Shown here piece after piece: positions 1 to 9,707 of a DNA stretch of 21,426 nt. Within the stretch, counting starts at the first letter, position 1. Every line of letters starts with the position of its first letter. The stretch is from Escherichia coli. GTDB taxonomy: Bacteria > Pseudomonadota > Gammaproteobacteria > Enterobacterales > Enterobacteriaceae. The position numbers and the translations under genes were made by a program. Location of the stretch: assembly GCF_003334765.1 (NCBI RefSeq), contig NZ_QOWT01000047.1; one strand, given 5' to 3'. Under the pieces are notes generated by a model that saw nothing but the letters and a program-made list of their open reading frames with translations, ran no database searches and was not told the origin of the DNA.

Positions 1-77
1 ATGACTCATGATGAACCCTGTTCCATGGCTCCAGATGACAAACATGATCTCATATCAGGGACTTGTTCGCACCTTCC
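1..77 (-). mobile_element. IS5 left end (terminal inverted repeat plus first three codons of the transposase); the element extends leftwards out of the window
   Basis: Bases 1-77 are the exact reverse complement of 21350-21426. On the minus strand they read GGAAGGTGCGAACAAGTCCCTGATATGAGATCATGTTTGTC...ATGAGTCAT. I recognise this as the IS5 IRL followed by the ATG AGT CAT start of the IS5 transposase. Only 77 nt are visible. Confidence 0.85.
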
Positions 78-1009
78 TTAAAGGTATAATCAGGAATGAT
101 ATCGATACCAAATTTTTTAGCATCTTTAACCAATGCAATAAAATCCTGCAAATCTCCCATTGGATTATGGATGGTACAAAGATCTTCGGGTTGATAAGCA
201 TGAAACCAGTAACCCTTTTCTTCTTCGGGAGTTTCTGGTCCGTCGGCGCGGAAAGTTGTCACTGGAGGGATTTGTATATACCCATAATGGCAACGTGCAA
301 ATTCAGACATATTTTCTCTGATCTGCTGGTAGGTGGCATTAAAAGCATGAAGAATCGCTTCGCCAGGTTTTTTGGGGGTGATGATTTCACATTGTGATTT
401 CTGAACAGCAGTAAGAGATTTACGCTCAAGTGTTTGCCGTAGATGTTCTAGATTGATTAATATTTTAAATGTTTCTTGCTGTCCGGAAGGTGACGTCACG
501 TTAATATTATATACATCGGCTGCCAGCTCATAGTCAGGAATGTTAATAGCATATGCAACATATTTATCTTTTGGGGAAGGTTTGTCAGATATAATGTGGG
601 TGAAATGTTCAGCACGACCATACTGATAAACACCGCTGTTATCACCTCTTTCAATCATTGTATCTCGTTGATAAACCTATGTTTTTCTTTCTCCTATCCT
701 GTCTGGCGCTGTAATGCTACGCTGTGCTGCTTTATTCAACTCTCGGTAAGTTGTATCTGGAGAAAGGGAAATTTTATAATCGTTTTTTAACAGATCATTA
801 ATAACTTTTTCTGCGTGAAAAGTTGATATAATTTCTCTGTCTTTTAATCCTTGAGGGTAAACTCCACAAGAATTAATAATATTTGTTATACAGTTTAGAT
901 ATTCTAATGTATTTAATTTGGAATTTAGATCCCCGTCAGTAATGTTCCATGATAACAATGTGGGGTTGTCGATAGGTAAATTTCTGGGTCCTGGTTTTAT
1001 AGAAAACAT
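78..1009 (-). pseudogene. ygaQ: alpha-amylase-family pseudogene (ygaQ-like), interrupted by an in-frame amber codon and truncated at its 3-prime end by IS5
   Basis: ORFs 677..1009 and 50..658 share one minus-strand frame, separated by a TAG (cta at 677-679) and a few codons. The frame runs into the IS5 end at 77/78, so the last residues (..KEGANKSLI) are IS-derived. The position next to ileY and the motif ..KKFGIDIIPDYTF.. (GH13 region-I-like) fit my recollection of the K-12 ygaQ pseudogene. The family call is not verifiable here. Confidence 0.5.
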
Positions 1010-1568
1010 AATAAAGTTCCTCTAATGGTAGAGTAATATGATGTATACGGAAACATAAAAATGTTTAATTGTTGTGAAAGTAATTGCAAACAGATGTCCT
1101 ACTTTTATCCAATATTTATATGGAAAAGGATAATGCTTAAATCTGTTTTATTAATTATCGATGTGGTCTGGAGAGGCAACTGTCAAAAATCGCTCATACG
1201 AAACTAATGATTAGCAGAATAAGATCTATGAAAGAATATATTGCTATACGAAGTTTATTTTTATGGAGTGAAAAGTAACAGATATCATAATGATGCGAAA
1301 ACTCTTCAGCTAATGTAATAAAGTTATATTATTAGATACAAAATCATTACAAAGTATCATTGAATCGATGATAACTATAGATAGTGCTAATTATTAACAT
1401 TTGCTTGTTGACTGCGAGTATCGACTTTGCGAATGGAGGCGGTGTCGGGTTTTATGTCGCGTGTAATCACGACCCAAGGTGAATGGGAACGCATAAAAAT
1501 CTGTTATTTACATCATATGATCATCATGTTTATTGCGTGGTTTATAAGTATTGTTATTGCACACTCAA

Positions 1569-1644
1569 GGCCCTTTAGCTCAGTGGTTAGAGCAGGCGAC
1601 TCATAATCGCTTGGTCGCTGGTTCAAGTCCAGCAAGGGCCACCA
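1569..1644 (+). tRNA. ileY: tRNA-Ile2 (anticodon CAU, read as lysidine-AU), ileX/ileY type
   Basis: The gene is 76 nt: GGCCCTTTAGCTCAGTGGTTAGAGCAGGCGACTCATAATCGCTTGGTCGCTGGTTCAAGTCCAGCAAGGGCCACCA. It has acceptor stem GGCCCTT/AAGGGCC, anticodon loop CT-CAT-AA, T-arm GGTTCAAGTCC and an encoded CCA. The sequence matches the E. coli minor Ile tRNA as I remember it. Synteny with ypjA, pinH and ygaQ points to ileY. Confidence 0.9.
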
Positions 1645-1659
1645 AATCATTATTTACGT

Positions 1660-1880
1660 ATCAGGAAGAGTTAAGGGTACAAGGGGTACTCGATGGCGGT
1701 CTATATTTCATGACTAACGCCATTTCAAGGAAGAAGTGCGGTGGGTGGTTTCGAATGAGGGCTGGTGTTTTGGTACGTGGCACGCCACTGCAATGTATTT
1801 ATCCATCAGTACTCATTCAAAAGTACCTGGAAAAAATGCCTGCTATGCCAAGCGGGCAAATTGCTTACATGTGGAATTAA
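1660..1880 (+). pseudogene. possible remnant of the N-terminal arm-binding domain of a P4-family tyrosine integrase
   Basis: The frame of ORF 1551..1880, directly 3-prime of the tRNA, reads ..VLDGGLYFMTNAISRKKCGGWFRMRAGVLVRGTPLQCIYPSV... This keeps landmarks of the P4-type integrase N-termini (DGGGLYL..W.RYR..G.YP.VSL). No catalytic domain follows. The support is motif-level only. Confidence 0.35.
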
Positions 1881-2394
1881 GTAATTAACGATAAAGCCAG
1901 AGTATTATCATTTATTATACCCCTTCATTTAATCAGGTTAATTACTCAAATCACTGAACTATTCTCTGTTCGCTCACTGATGATAAGTGAGTACCACAAC
2001 CAATGTATGTAGAACAATGCCGTAGAGTAAGGATGAAATGTCTCTGCCACGCCTTAAACATCTACTACTGACCAGAACACCCGCCGCAGGCAGATGAGTT
2101 TTGTGAGCGTTACAGGAGCGTGGCTATGCTCATTAACCAACGCTATTGAGATATAAATTTCTAACACTTGAAAAACGATTTTCACTAATAAATTATAACG
2201 GTTTTTTTTATCATACAGCGAAATAACCTTTTGTTTATTAAATTTAACATTCCTGTGCTAATTTAATTAAAAGTTCCATGCGTAGCAAGTGAAGCAGTTA
2301 ATGTCAGTAATTGTCTCAAATGAGCGTTTTTTTATAGTGACAAACAGTAATAACATTAAAAATAGCCATGTAGACATTAATTGAGGAATAGACA

Positions 2395-3767
2395 ATGTTA
2401 GTTAGTAAAAGCAACGGATTTAACGCTAGCGCAGTTTTGGGTAGTGGAAGTTATAATGAAAATAAATCTTCTAAACACATGGAGCTACTAGCTCATAGTA
2501 TTTTAAAATTAATTTGTAAGGAAGCTGCATCAGAGACGTATCGCGGTGCTCTTGAAACTTTACAAAAAATGATGTCTGAATGTATATATCAAGAAGGCAA
2601 CGCCTTTGTCATTATGGGAGCTGGAGAACAATTAAAACGTATTAAATATGAAGTTGGTGAAAATAACTTAAAGGTATTCAACGTACACTTTAATAATAAT
2701 CACGAGTTAGTTAGTTCTGGTGAGCCTGACGTAATATGTTTAAGCAAGCAGGTCTGGGAAAATCTTCTCATTAAACTAAAGCTGGAAAACAATGAAAATG
2801 TGTTTTCTGAAACTAAAAAATTATCGAATAAAAATAATGCCGATCAGTTTTTTGAATGCGCTAAAAGAAATGAATAGAACCTTTTCGATAATATAAGAAA
2901 AAGTGATTTTCATGTTGGTTTACTTAAGCCAAGTAGTACGCGTAGTGTTATTTTAGAAACGCCGCCAAATGTCTGTATGGAATCACGTAATTCATATGAA
3001 AACAAAATAGATGAGATTTCATCTTTGTCAGAGTCAAAGGAACACCCCATAGATATTCAAGAAAAAAAGATGCGTTTGTGAATGAGTTCAAGGGGGTATT
3101 ATTTGATAAAAATACAAGGTCTTCAGAGCTTCTGTTTAATTTTTATGAGTGTTGCTATAAGTTTTTACCAAGAGCTCAGCCTCAAGATAAAATCGATAGC
3201 TATAATTCAGCACTGCAAGCTTTTTCCATTTTTTGTTCATCTACGTTGACACATAATAATATAGGCTTTGATTTCAAATTATTTCCTGAAGTCAAGCTGT
3301 CTGGAGAACATCTTGAAACGGTATTCAAATACAAAAATGGCGATGATGTCCGGGAGATAGCCAAAATTAACATTACTCTCCAAAAAGAAGAGGGTGGTTT
3401 ATATAATTTACGTGGATTGGATTTTAAGGGGTGCTTCTTTTCTGGACAGAACTTCAGTAACTATGATATTCAATATGTGAACTGGGGAACGTCATTGTTT
3501 GATGTTGATACTCCGTGTATTTTTAATGCGCCTGCTTACAACAAGAGTAATGAAAAATCATTAAAACCTGTGAGCGAAAACGGTTTAAGTGGAGTATTGA
3601 CTGATCGTAATAATAAAATAAAACTCATCACGGGCGTGGCACCATTCGATGATATTTTATTTATGGATGATGACTTTGATGATAGTTCCTCTGAGGATGA
3701 TCCCGTTGAGAATAGTCCTGTTGTGACTAGTCCCGTTGTATCAAGTTCTAAAAGCAGTTTTCAATGA
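2395..3767 (+). pseudogene. one ancestral 458-codon ORF (pentapeptide-repeat-containing hypothetical protein, in the position of ypjC) broken by an in-frame TAG and a frameshift in an A7 run
   Basis: ORF 2395..2877 ends at TAG 2875-2877. The same frame stays open for 67 more codons, to TGA 3079-3081. ORF 3078..3767 is in another frame that is open back to 3015. Adding one A to the A7 run at 3062-3068 fuses everything into a single frame 2395..3767. The segment LRGLDFKGCFFSGQNFSNYDIQYVNWGTSLFDVD has the 5-residue periodicity of pentapeptide repeats. The C-terminus is acidic and Ser-rich, and the DNA is AT-rich. Confidence 0.55.
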
Positions 3768-4017
3768 TTAATAAATGGCAATTTTTACAAAGAGATAATA
3801 ACGTAGATTGAAACAATATGTATTATTGATTGAGTAAACGGGATTATTCTTCACACTACATCCATTTTAGTGTCACTACCAAAGAAAAAGGGGCTACGTT
3901 TTCATGTAACCCCTTGATTTATTTGGTGGGCTGGCAGTGACTGAATTGGTGCTGTAATTGGTTGAAATATTTCATCTAATGTCTGGTTCAACTTTCCTTA
4001 GCTGCCTGAAAGTTTTT

Positions 4018-4108
4018 TGATCTTACCCAGCAATAACAGCGTTACGGTGCACCACGCCTGACTGAAGAACTGCGTGCTCAGGGTTACCACTTCAACGTAA
4101 AACCGTGG
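4018..4108 (+). mobile_element. internally deleted IS3 remnant (left inverted repeat joined to a short OrfB fragment)
   Basis: TGATCTTACCCAGCAATA (4018-4035) matches the IS3 left end as I remember it. Bases 4040-4108 translate to [21 protein letters not shown].., resembling IS3 OrfB (..[23 protein letters not shown]..). The sequence normally lying between these two parts is absent. Confidence 0.6.
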
Positions 4109-4109
4109 C

Positions 4110-4340
4110 AGGAGGTCCGGACTGAAAAAACTGGTCAGGACATCATCGGCAGGGAACGCACTGCTAGTCTGTAAACTGAACCGACTGGGGCGCAGTATGT
4201 GGCATCTTGTCGTGCTGTTGGAGGAGCTGTGCGAACGTGGTATTAACTTTCGTGCTCTGGCCCAATCTATATTTGCCCAACAATGGGGGGACGAATGCTG
4301 TAAAAGTAAAACAATCTGCGATCTCAAAGTTATTGTGTGA
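4110..4340 (+). pseudogene. pinH: serine DNA invertase fragment (Pin/Hin/Gin family) lacking the N-terminal catalytic region
   Basis: The frame reads [54 protein letters not shown]... It is colinear with Pin (..RPGLKRAL..GDTLVVWKLDRLGRSMKHL..L.ERGINFRSLTDSI..). The N-terminus is replaced by the IS3 remnant. Similarity is lost or frameshifted after about 4275 (an MGGR fragment appears in another frame). This is the same position as pinH in K-12. Confidence 0.65.
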
Positions 4341-4678
4341 TTTTTATGTGAGCAGAAGATATTCATCAGAAACGATTATGTAAATCATTTTATTTTGCCA
4401 ACGGCCTCATTGTCGAAAGAAAAGAATACGCCCGTATTTCCTGAATGGATTGACTTTTTTATCCAACCACACTTCAGCGCACTGCGTTTAAAAAATGCCT
4501 CATTCTTATGCGGAATATCATCATTTCATCATGATGTCTTTGATGAGCGGTGAACACAATACACTTGCGCTGTCTCTTCAGGATGAATCCCCTGGTCTGG
4601 TGCCTGTGGGCTGATGTTGCAGCAAAGCTAAGGTCGCTTAAACGCTACTCAGTATTCACTTTTCAGAGGATGAAATTT

Positions 4679-7600
4679 ATGAACAGGACCAGTCCCTATT
4701 ATTGTCGCCGCTCAGTACTTTCCTTATTGATATCTGCCTTGATATATGCCCCGCCCGGGATGGCTGCCTTCACTACTAATGTTATTGGTGTGGTAAACGA
4801 TGAGACTGTAGATGGCAACCAAAAAGTGAATGAACGAGGTACAACAAATAACACTCATATTATCAACCATGGCCAGCAGAATGTTCATGGCGGGGTATCT
4901 AATGGAAGTCTTATTGAATCTGGTGGATATCAAGATATAGGAAGTCATAACAATTTTGTGGGGCAGGCTAATAATACAACCATTAACGGTGGCAGACAGT
5001 CAATTCATGACGGGGGTATTTCCACAGGTACGACAATCGAGAGTGGCAATCAGGACGTTTATAAAGGGGGTATCAGCAATGGAACGACAATTAAGGGCGG
5101 TGCTTCACGCGTAGAGGGAGGGAGTGCGAATGGAATACTCATTGATGGTGGTAGCCAGATAGTAAAAGTTCAAGGGCATGCTGATGGTACAACGATAAAT
5201 AAGTCTGGCTCTCAGGACGTAGTACAAGGAAGTCTGGCAACGAACACAACCATAAATGGTGGTCGACAGTATGTTGAACAGAGCACAGTAGAAACAACAA
5301 CCATTAAAAATGGCGGTGAGCAAAGAGTATATGAGAGCCGTGCGCTGGACACGACGATTGAAGGCGGAACTCAGTCTCTGAATAGTAAGTCAACGGCAAA
5401 AAATACGCATATCTATTCTGGTGGCACGCAAATTGTTGATAACACCAGCACCTCGGATGTTATTGAAGTTTATTCTGGTGGCGTGCTTGATGTTAGTGGT
5501 GGTACGGCAACAAATGTTACCCAGCACGATGGTGCAATTTTAAAAACTAACACTAACGGTACGACGGTGAGCGGTACGAATAGTGAAGGTGCATTCTCCA
5601 TCCACAATCACGTGGCAGACAATGTGTTGCTGGAAAACGGTGGTCATTTAGACATAAACGCATATGGTTCGGCAAACAAGACGATTATTAAAGATAAAGG
5701 AACAATGTCAGTTTTAACCAATGCTAAAGCTGATGCGACCCGAATAGATAATGGCGGGGTTATGGATGTTGCAGGAAACGCGACAAATACCATAATTAAT
5801 GGTGGCACACAGAATATTAATAATTATGGCATAGCCACAGGCACCAATATCAACAGCGGAACGCAAAATATCAAAAGCGGCGGGAAAGCTGACACAACAA
5901 TTATATCCTCCGGGAGCCGGCAGGTTGTTGAGAAAGATGGTACGGCAATTGGCAGCAATATTAGCGCCGGAGGCTCGCTGATTGTCTATACCGGCGGTAT
6001 TGCACATGGGGTTAACCAGGAGACGGGCAGTGCTTTAGTTGCCAACACGGGTGCAGGGACTGATATCGAAGGATACAACAAGCTCTCTCACTTCACTATT
6101 ACCGGAGGGGAGGCTAATTATGTTGTGCTGGAAAATACCGGCGAACTGACGGTAGTGGCTAAAACCTCGGCGAAAAATACTACCATTGATACTGGCGGTA
6201 AGCTGATTGTCCAGAAGGAGGCTAAAACAGATAGCACCAGACTTAATAATGGCGGCGTTCTGGAGGTTCAGGACGGTGGTGAGGCTAAGCATGTTGAGCA
6301 ACAATCCGGCGGCGCATTAATTGCTTCCACGACCTCCGGAACACTTATCGAAGGAACCAACAGTTATGGTGATGCTTTCTACATCAGGAATTCAGAAGCT
6401 AAAAATGTAGTGCTGGAAAACGCTGGCTCATTAACAGTCGTCACTGGTTCCCGCGCAGTTGACACGATTATTAATGCCAACGGCAAAATGGATGTTTATG
6501 GAAAAGATGTTGGCACTGTACTCAATAGTGCTGGCACCCAAACAATATATGCCAGTGCCACTTCTGATAAAGCAAATATCAAAGGTGGCAAGCAAACGGT
6601 ATATGGTTTAGCCACTGAAGCAAATATCGAAAGTGGTGAACAAATTGTTGATGGTGGGTCAACAGAGAAAACACACATCAATGGTGGCACGCAAACCGTT
6701 CAGAATTATGGTAAGGCAATCAATACCGATATCGTCTCTGGCCTACAACAAATTATGGCAAACGGGACAGCGGAAGGTTCCATTATTAATGGGGGTTCAC
6801 AGGTAGTTAATGAGGGCGGTCTGGCTGAAAACTCGGTGCTTAATGACGGCGGCACACTCGATGTGCGGGAGAAAGGCAGCGCAACGGGGATACAGCAGAG
6901 TAGCCAGGGCGCTTTGGTTGCAACCACCAGGGCGACGCGGGTCACAGGAACACGCGCGGATGGCGTCGCGTTCAGCATCGAGCAGGGTGCGGCGAACAAT
7001 ATCCTGCTGGCAAATGGCGGCGTGTTAACCGTGGAGTCAGACACCTCTTCTGACAAAACACAGGTCAATATGGGCGGACGGGAGATCGTCAAAACAAAAG
7101 CCACTGCGACAGGCACGACGCTCACCGGCGGTGAACAAATTGTCGAGGGTGTGGCGAATGAGACAACAATTAACGACGGCGGAATACAAACAGTTTCAGC
7201 TAACGGAGAGGCAATAAAAACAAAGATCAATGAAGGCGGTACGCTGACAGTCAACGATAATGGCAAAGCGACAGATATCGTCCAGAACAGCGGTGCCGCT
7301 CTCCAGACGAGCACGGCTAACGGTATTGAAATCAGCGGTACTCACCAGTACGGTACTTTTTCCATTTCCGGCAATTTAGCGACCAATATGTTGCTGGAAA
7401 ATGGCGGTAATTTATTGGTATTAGCAGGTACCGAAGCTCGCGACTCCACGGTTGGCAAGGGTGGGGCAATGCAAAACCTGGGTCAGGACTCCGCCACAAA
7501 GGTTAACTCTGGCGGGCAATATACCCTTGGGCGGTCAAAAGATGAGTTTCAGGCTCTGGCCCGGGCAGAAGATCTCCAGGTCGCTGGCGGTACGGCAATC

Positions 7601-9259
7601 GTCTACGCAGGTACGCTGGCGGATGCATCGGTCAGTGGCGCGACAGGAAGCCTGTCGTTAATGACGCCACGGGATAATGTTACGCCAGTTAAACTCGAAG
7701 GGGCGGTCCGGATTACCGATAGCGCGACATTGACTCTGGGAAATGGCGTCGATACCACGCTTGCCGACCTGACGGCTGCCAGCCGGGGCAGTGTCTGGCT
7801 TAACAGCAATAATTCCTGTGCAGGTACCAGCAACTGCGAATATAGAGTAAACAGTTTGCTACTCAACGACGGTGATGTTTATTTGTCAGCACAAACAGCA
7901 GCGCCTGCCACAACTAACGGTATCTACAATACGCTGACAACCAATGAACTTTCCGGTAGCGGTAATTTCTACCTGCATACCAACGTTGCAGGCTCCCGGG
8001 GCGATCAACTGGTCGTCAACAACAACGCCACTGGTAATTTTAAAATCTTTGTTCAGGATACCGGCGTCAGCCCACAGTCTGACGACGCGATGACGCTGGT
8101 GAAAACAGGGGGAGGGGATGCTTCGTTTACGCTGGGCAATACCGGCGGTTTCGTTGATCTTGGGACCTATGAGTATGTCCTGAAAAGTGACGGCAACAGC
8201 AACTGGAACCTGACCAATGATGTCAAACCCAACCCGGACCCCATCCCAAATCCAAAGCCAGACCCAAAACCCGATCCAAAGCCAGACCCAAATCCAAAAC
8301 CAGACCCTACTCCCGATCCAACGCCGACACCCGTTCCGGAGAAACGCATTACGCCTTCTACGGCAGCCGTACTCAATATGGCAGCAACATTACCGTTGGT
8401 ATTTGATGCTGAGCTAAACAGTATTCGCGAGCGGTTGAACATAATGAAAGCGAGTCCACACAACAATAATGTCTGGGGGGCGACGTATAACACCCGTAAT
8501 AATGTCACCACCGATGCGGGTGCCGGGTTTGAGCAGACGCTGACCGGAATGACAGTGGGGATCGACAGCCGTAATGATATTCCTGAAGGAATTACCACGC
8601 TAGGCGCTTTTATGGGCTATTCCCATTCACATATCGGTTTTGATCGCGGAGGACATGGCAGTGTGGGCAGTTATTCTCTGGGCGGCTATGCCAGTTGGGA
8701 ACATGAAAGTGGTTTCTATCTGGACGGTGTCGTGAAGCTGAACCGTTTTAAAAGTAACGTAGCAGGTAAAATGAGCAGCGGTGGAGCCGCCAATGGCAGT
8801 TACCACAGCAACGGGCTGGGCGGTCACATTGAAACCGGGATGCGATTTACCGATGGTAACTGGAACCTGACGCCGTATGCATCGTTAACGGGGTTCACCG
8901 CTGATAACCCCGAATATCATTTATCCAATGGCATGAAATCGAAATCAGTCGATACCCGCAGTATATATCGTGAACTGGGCGCAACGCTGAGTTACAACAT
9001 GCGTCTGGGGAACGGTATGGAAGTTGAGCCGTGGCTGAAGGCGGCTGTGCGCAAAGAATTTGTCGATGATAACCGGGTGAAAGTGAATAGTGACGGTAAT
9101 TTCGTCAATTATTTGTCGGGCAGACGTGGAATATACCAGGCAGGTATTAAAGCCTCATTCAGCAGTACGTTAAGCGGGCATCTTGGGGTGGGGTATAGCC
9201 ATAGTGCCGGTGTGGAATCCCCGTGGAACGCGGTAGCTGGTGTGAACTGGTCGTTCTGA
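4679..9259 (+). CDS. ypjA: AIDA-I-type adhesin-like autotransporter, 1526 aa
   Basis: The start is placed at ATG 4679, with AGAGGA 9 nt upstream. This gives a MNRTSPYYCRRSVLSLLISALIYAPPGMAAF signal peptide. More than 1000 aa of degenerate GG-x-Q/T-x-V/I beta-helix repeats follow, then a Pro-rich PNPKPDPKPDP linker and a C-terminal beta-barrel ending ..AGVNWSF. Length, N-terminus and synteny match K-12 YpjA as I recall it. The upstream 43 codons of ORF 4550.. lack an RBS and a signal peptide. Confidence 0.9.
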   Translation: MNRTSPYYCRRSVLSLLISALIYAPPGMAAFTTNVIGVVNDETVDGNQKVNERGTTNNTHIINHGQQNVHGGVSNGSLIESGGYQDIGSHNNFVGQANNTTINGGRQSIHDGGISTGTTIESGNQDVYKGGISNGTTIKGGASRVEGGSANGILIDGGSQIVKVQGHADGTTINKSGSQDVVQGSLATNTTINGGRQYVEQSTVETTTIKNGGEQRVYESRALDTTIEGGTQSLNSKSTAKNTHIYSGGTQIVDNTSTSDVIEVYSGGVLDVSGGTATNVTQHDGAILKTNTNGTTVSGTNSEGAFSIHNHVADNVLLENGGHLDINAYGSANKTIIKDKGTMSVLTNAKADATRIDNGGVMDVAGNATNTIINGGTQNINNYGIATGTNINSGTQNIKSGGKADTTIISSGSRQVVEKDGTAIGSNISAGGSLIVYTGGIAHGVNQETGSALVANTGAGTDIEGYNKLSHFTITGGEANYVVLENTGELTVVAKTSAKNTTIDTGGKLIVQKEAKTDSTRLNNGGVLEVQDGGEAKHVEQQSGGALIASTTSGTLIEGTNSYGDAFYIRNSEAKNVVLENAGSLTVVTGSRAVDTIINANGKMDVYGKDVGTVLNSAGTQTIYASATSDKANIKGGKQTVYGLATEANIESGEQIVDGGSTEKTHINGGTQTVQNYGKAINTDIVSGLQQIMANGTAEGSIINGGSQVVNEGGLAENSVLNDGGTLDVREKGSATGIQQSSQGALVATTRATRVTGTRADGVAFSIEQGAANNILLANGGVLTVESDTSSDKTQVNMGGREIVKTKATATGTTLTGGEQIVEGVANETTINDGGIQTVSANGEAIKTKINEGGTLTVNDNGKATDIVQNSGAALQTSTANGIEISGTHQYGTFSISGNLATNMLLENGGNLLVLAGTEARDSTVGKGGAMQNLGQDSATKVNSGGQYTLGRSKDEFQALARAEDLQVAGGTAIVYAGTLADASVSGATGSLSLMTPRDNVTPVKLEGAVRITDSATLTLGNGVDTTLADLTAASRGSVWLNSNNSCAGTSNCEYRVNSLLLNDGDVYLSAQTAAPATTNGIYNTLTTNELSGSGNFYLHTNVAGSRGDQLVVNNNATGNFKIFVQDTGVSPQSDDAMTLVKTGGGDASFTLGNTGGFVDLGTYEYVLKSDGNSNWNLTNDVKPNPDPIPNPKPDPKPDPKPDPNPKPDPTPDPTPTPVPEKRITPSTAAVLNMAATLPLVFDAELNSIRERLNIMKASPHNNNVWGATYNTRNNVTTDAGAGFEQTLTGMTVGIDSRNDIPEGITTLGAFMGYSHSHIGFDRGGHGSVGSYSLGGYASWEHESGFYLDGVVKLNRFKSNVAGKMSSGGAANGSYHSNGLGGHIETGMRFTDGNWNLTPYASLTGFTADNPEYHLSNGMKSKSVDTRSIYRELGATLSYNMRLGNGMEVEPWLKAAVRKEFVDDNRVKVNSDGNFVNYLSGRRGIYQAGIKASFSSTLSGHLGVGYSHSAGVESPWNAVAGVNWSF
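8227..8336 (+). repeat. imperfect proline-rich (P-N/D/K/T-P) low-complexity repeat encoding the passenger-to-barrel linker of the autotransporter
   Basis: The translation is PNPDPIPNPKPDPKPDPKPDPNPKPDPTPDPTPTPVP. The DNA shows reiterated ccaaagccagaccc/ccaaaaccagaccc units. Confidence 0.8.
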
Positions 9260-9270
9260 CCATCAACGAA

Positions 9271-9296
9271 AAAGCCCACATCTGTGGGCTTTCATG
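9271..9296 (+). terminator. hairpin terminator downstream of ypjA
   Basis: AAAGCCCAC-atct-GTGGGCTTT (9271-9292) is a perfect 9-bp stem 12 nt after the stop codon. The U-tract is short (TTT within or after the stem). Confidence 0.5.
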
Positions 9297-9707
9297 TTAC
9301 CAGGAGCCGCGGCTCCTTTGCGTATCCTTTTATGTCTCCTCACCGTCTGGTCGGTGTTTTGCTGAGACTTCTAACTTCCTGTTTTTGTTGGTGTTGTCCT
9401 TACACCGTCCAATCATGATTGGTGGGCTGGCGTCCCTGTAAATAACTATTCATGACATTGATTTTTAGGTTTATTTTAAATTTATATGTGGTCCTAAAAA
9501 GGAACCATAAATCTTAACGGTATGAGTTCTCACGAATAGCCGATTTGCAAATTGTATCAAAAGACAACAAATTTCTCAGTTCAACTCCCTATTGGTAACT
9601 GAACTCATAGATAAGGTCCGTTATGCTTTTCATAGGTAGACGAATACGGTAACTTTTCTCAATAGCACGATTCTATCCGCAGTACCAGCATAGGTGGAGA
9701 ATGGATT

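Noticed and set aside
8-397. ORF 8..397 (+), and its twin 21147..21419 (-), share the N-terminus MMNPVPWLQMTNMISYQGLVRTF
   Set aside because: Both start inside the IS5 end and read outwards into flanking DNA, antisense to the ygaQ-like and NTPase genes. They are read-through artefacts of the repeated IS end and not genes.
1551-1880. 109-aa ORF overlapping the tRNA gene
   Set aside because: Its first 30 codons are the tRNA-Ile sequence itself. Only the downstream part is retained, as a possible integrase remnant, and it is not an intact CDS.
3998-4366. 122-aa minus-strand ORF
   Set aside because: It lies antisense to the IS3 OrfB and invertase fragments, which show clear family similarity on the plus strand. 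It is a shadow ORF.
4724-8827. Twelve ORFs of 64-202 aa inside or antisense to ypjA (4724, 5105, 5714, 6035, 6496, 6706, 6810, 7452, 7603, 8167, 8217, 8627)
   Set aside because: All are nested in the 1526-aa autotransporter gene. Their repetitive, biased composition reflects the passenger-domain repeats read in other frames. They are shadow ORFs.
9303-9422. Perfect 14-bp palindromes GGAGCCGCGGCTCC (9303-9316) and CCAATCATGATTGG (9409-9422)
   Set aside because: They are real in the sequence, but I cannot connect them to any function. The second abuts the tmRNA-like motif and is mentioned under that finding. They are too short to interpret alone.
9223-9441. 72-aa ORF spanning the ypjA stop, terminator and the tmRNA-like motif
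   Set aside because: It overlaps the ypjA 3-prime end and a terminator hairpin and has no RBS. It is an unlikely coding region.
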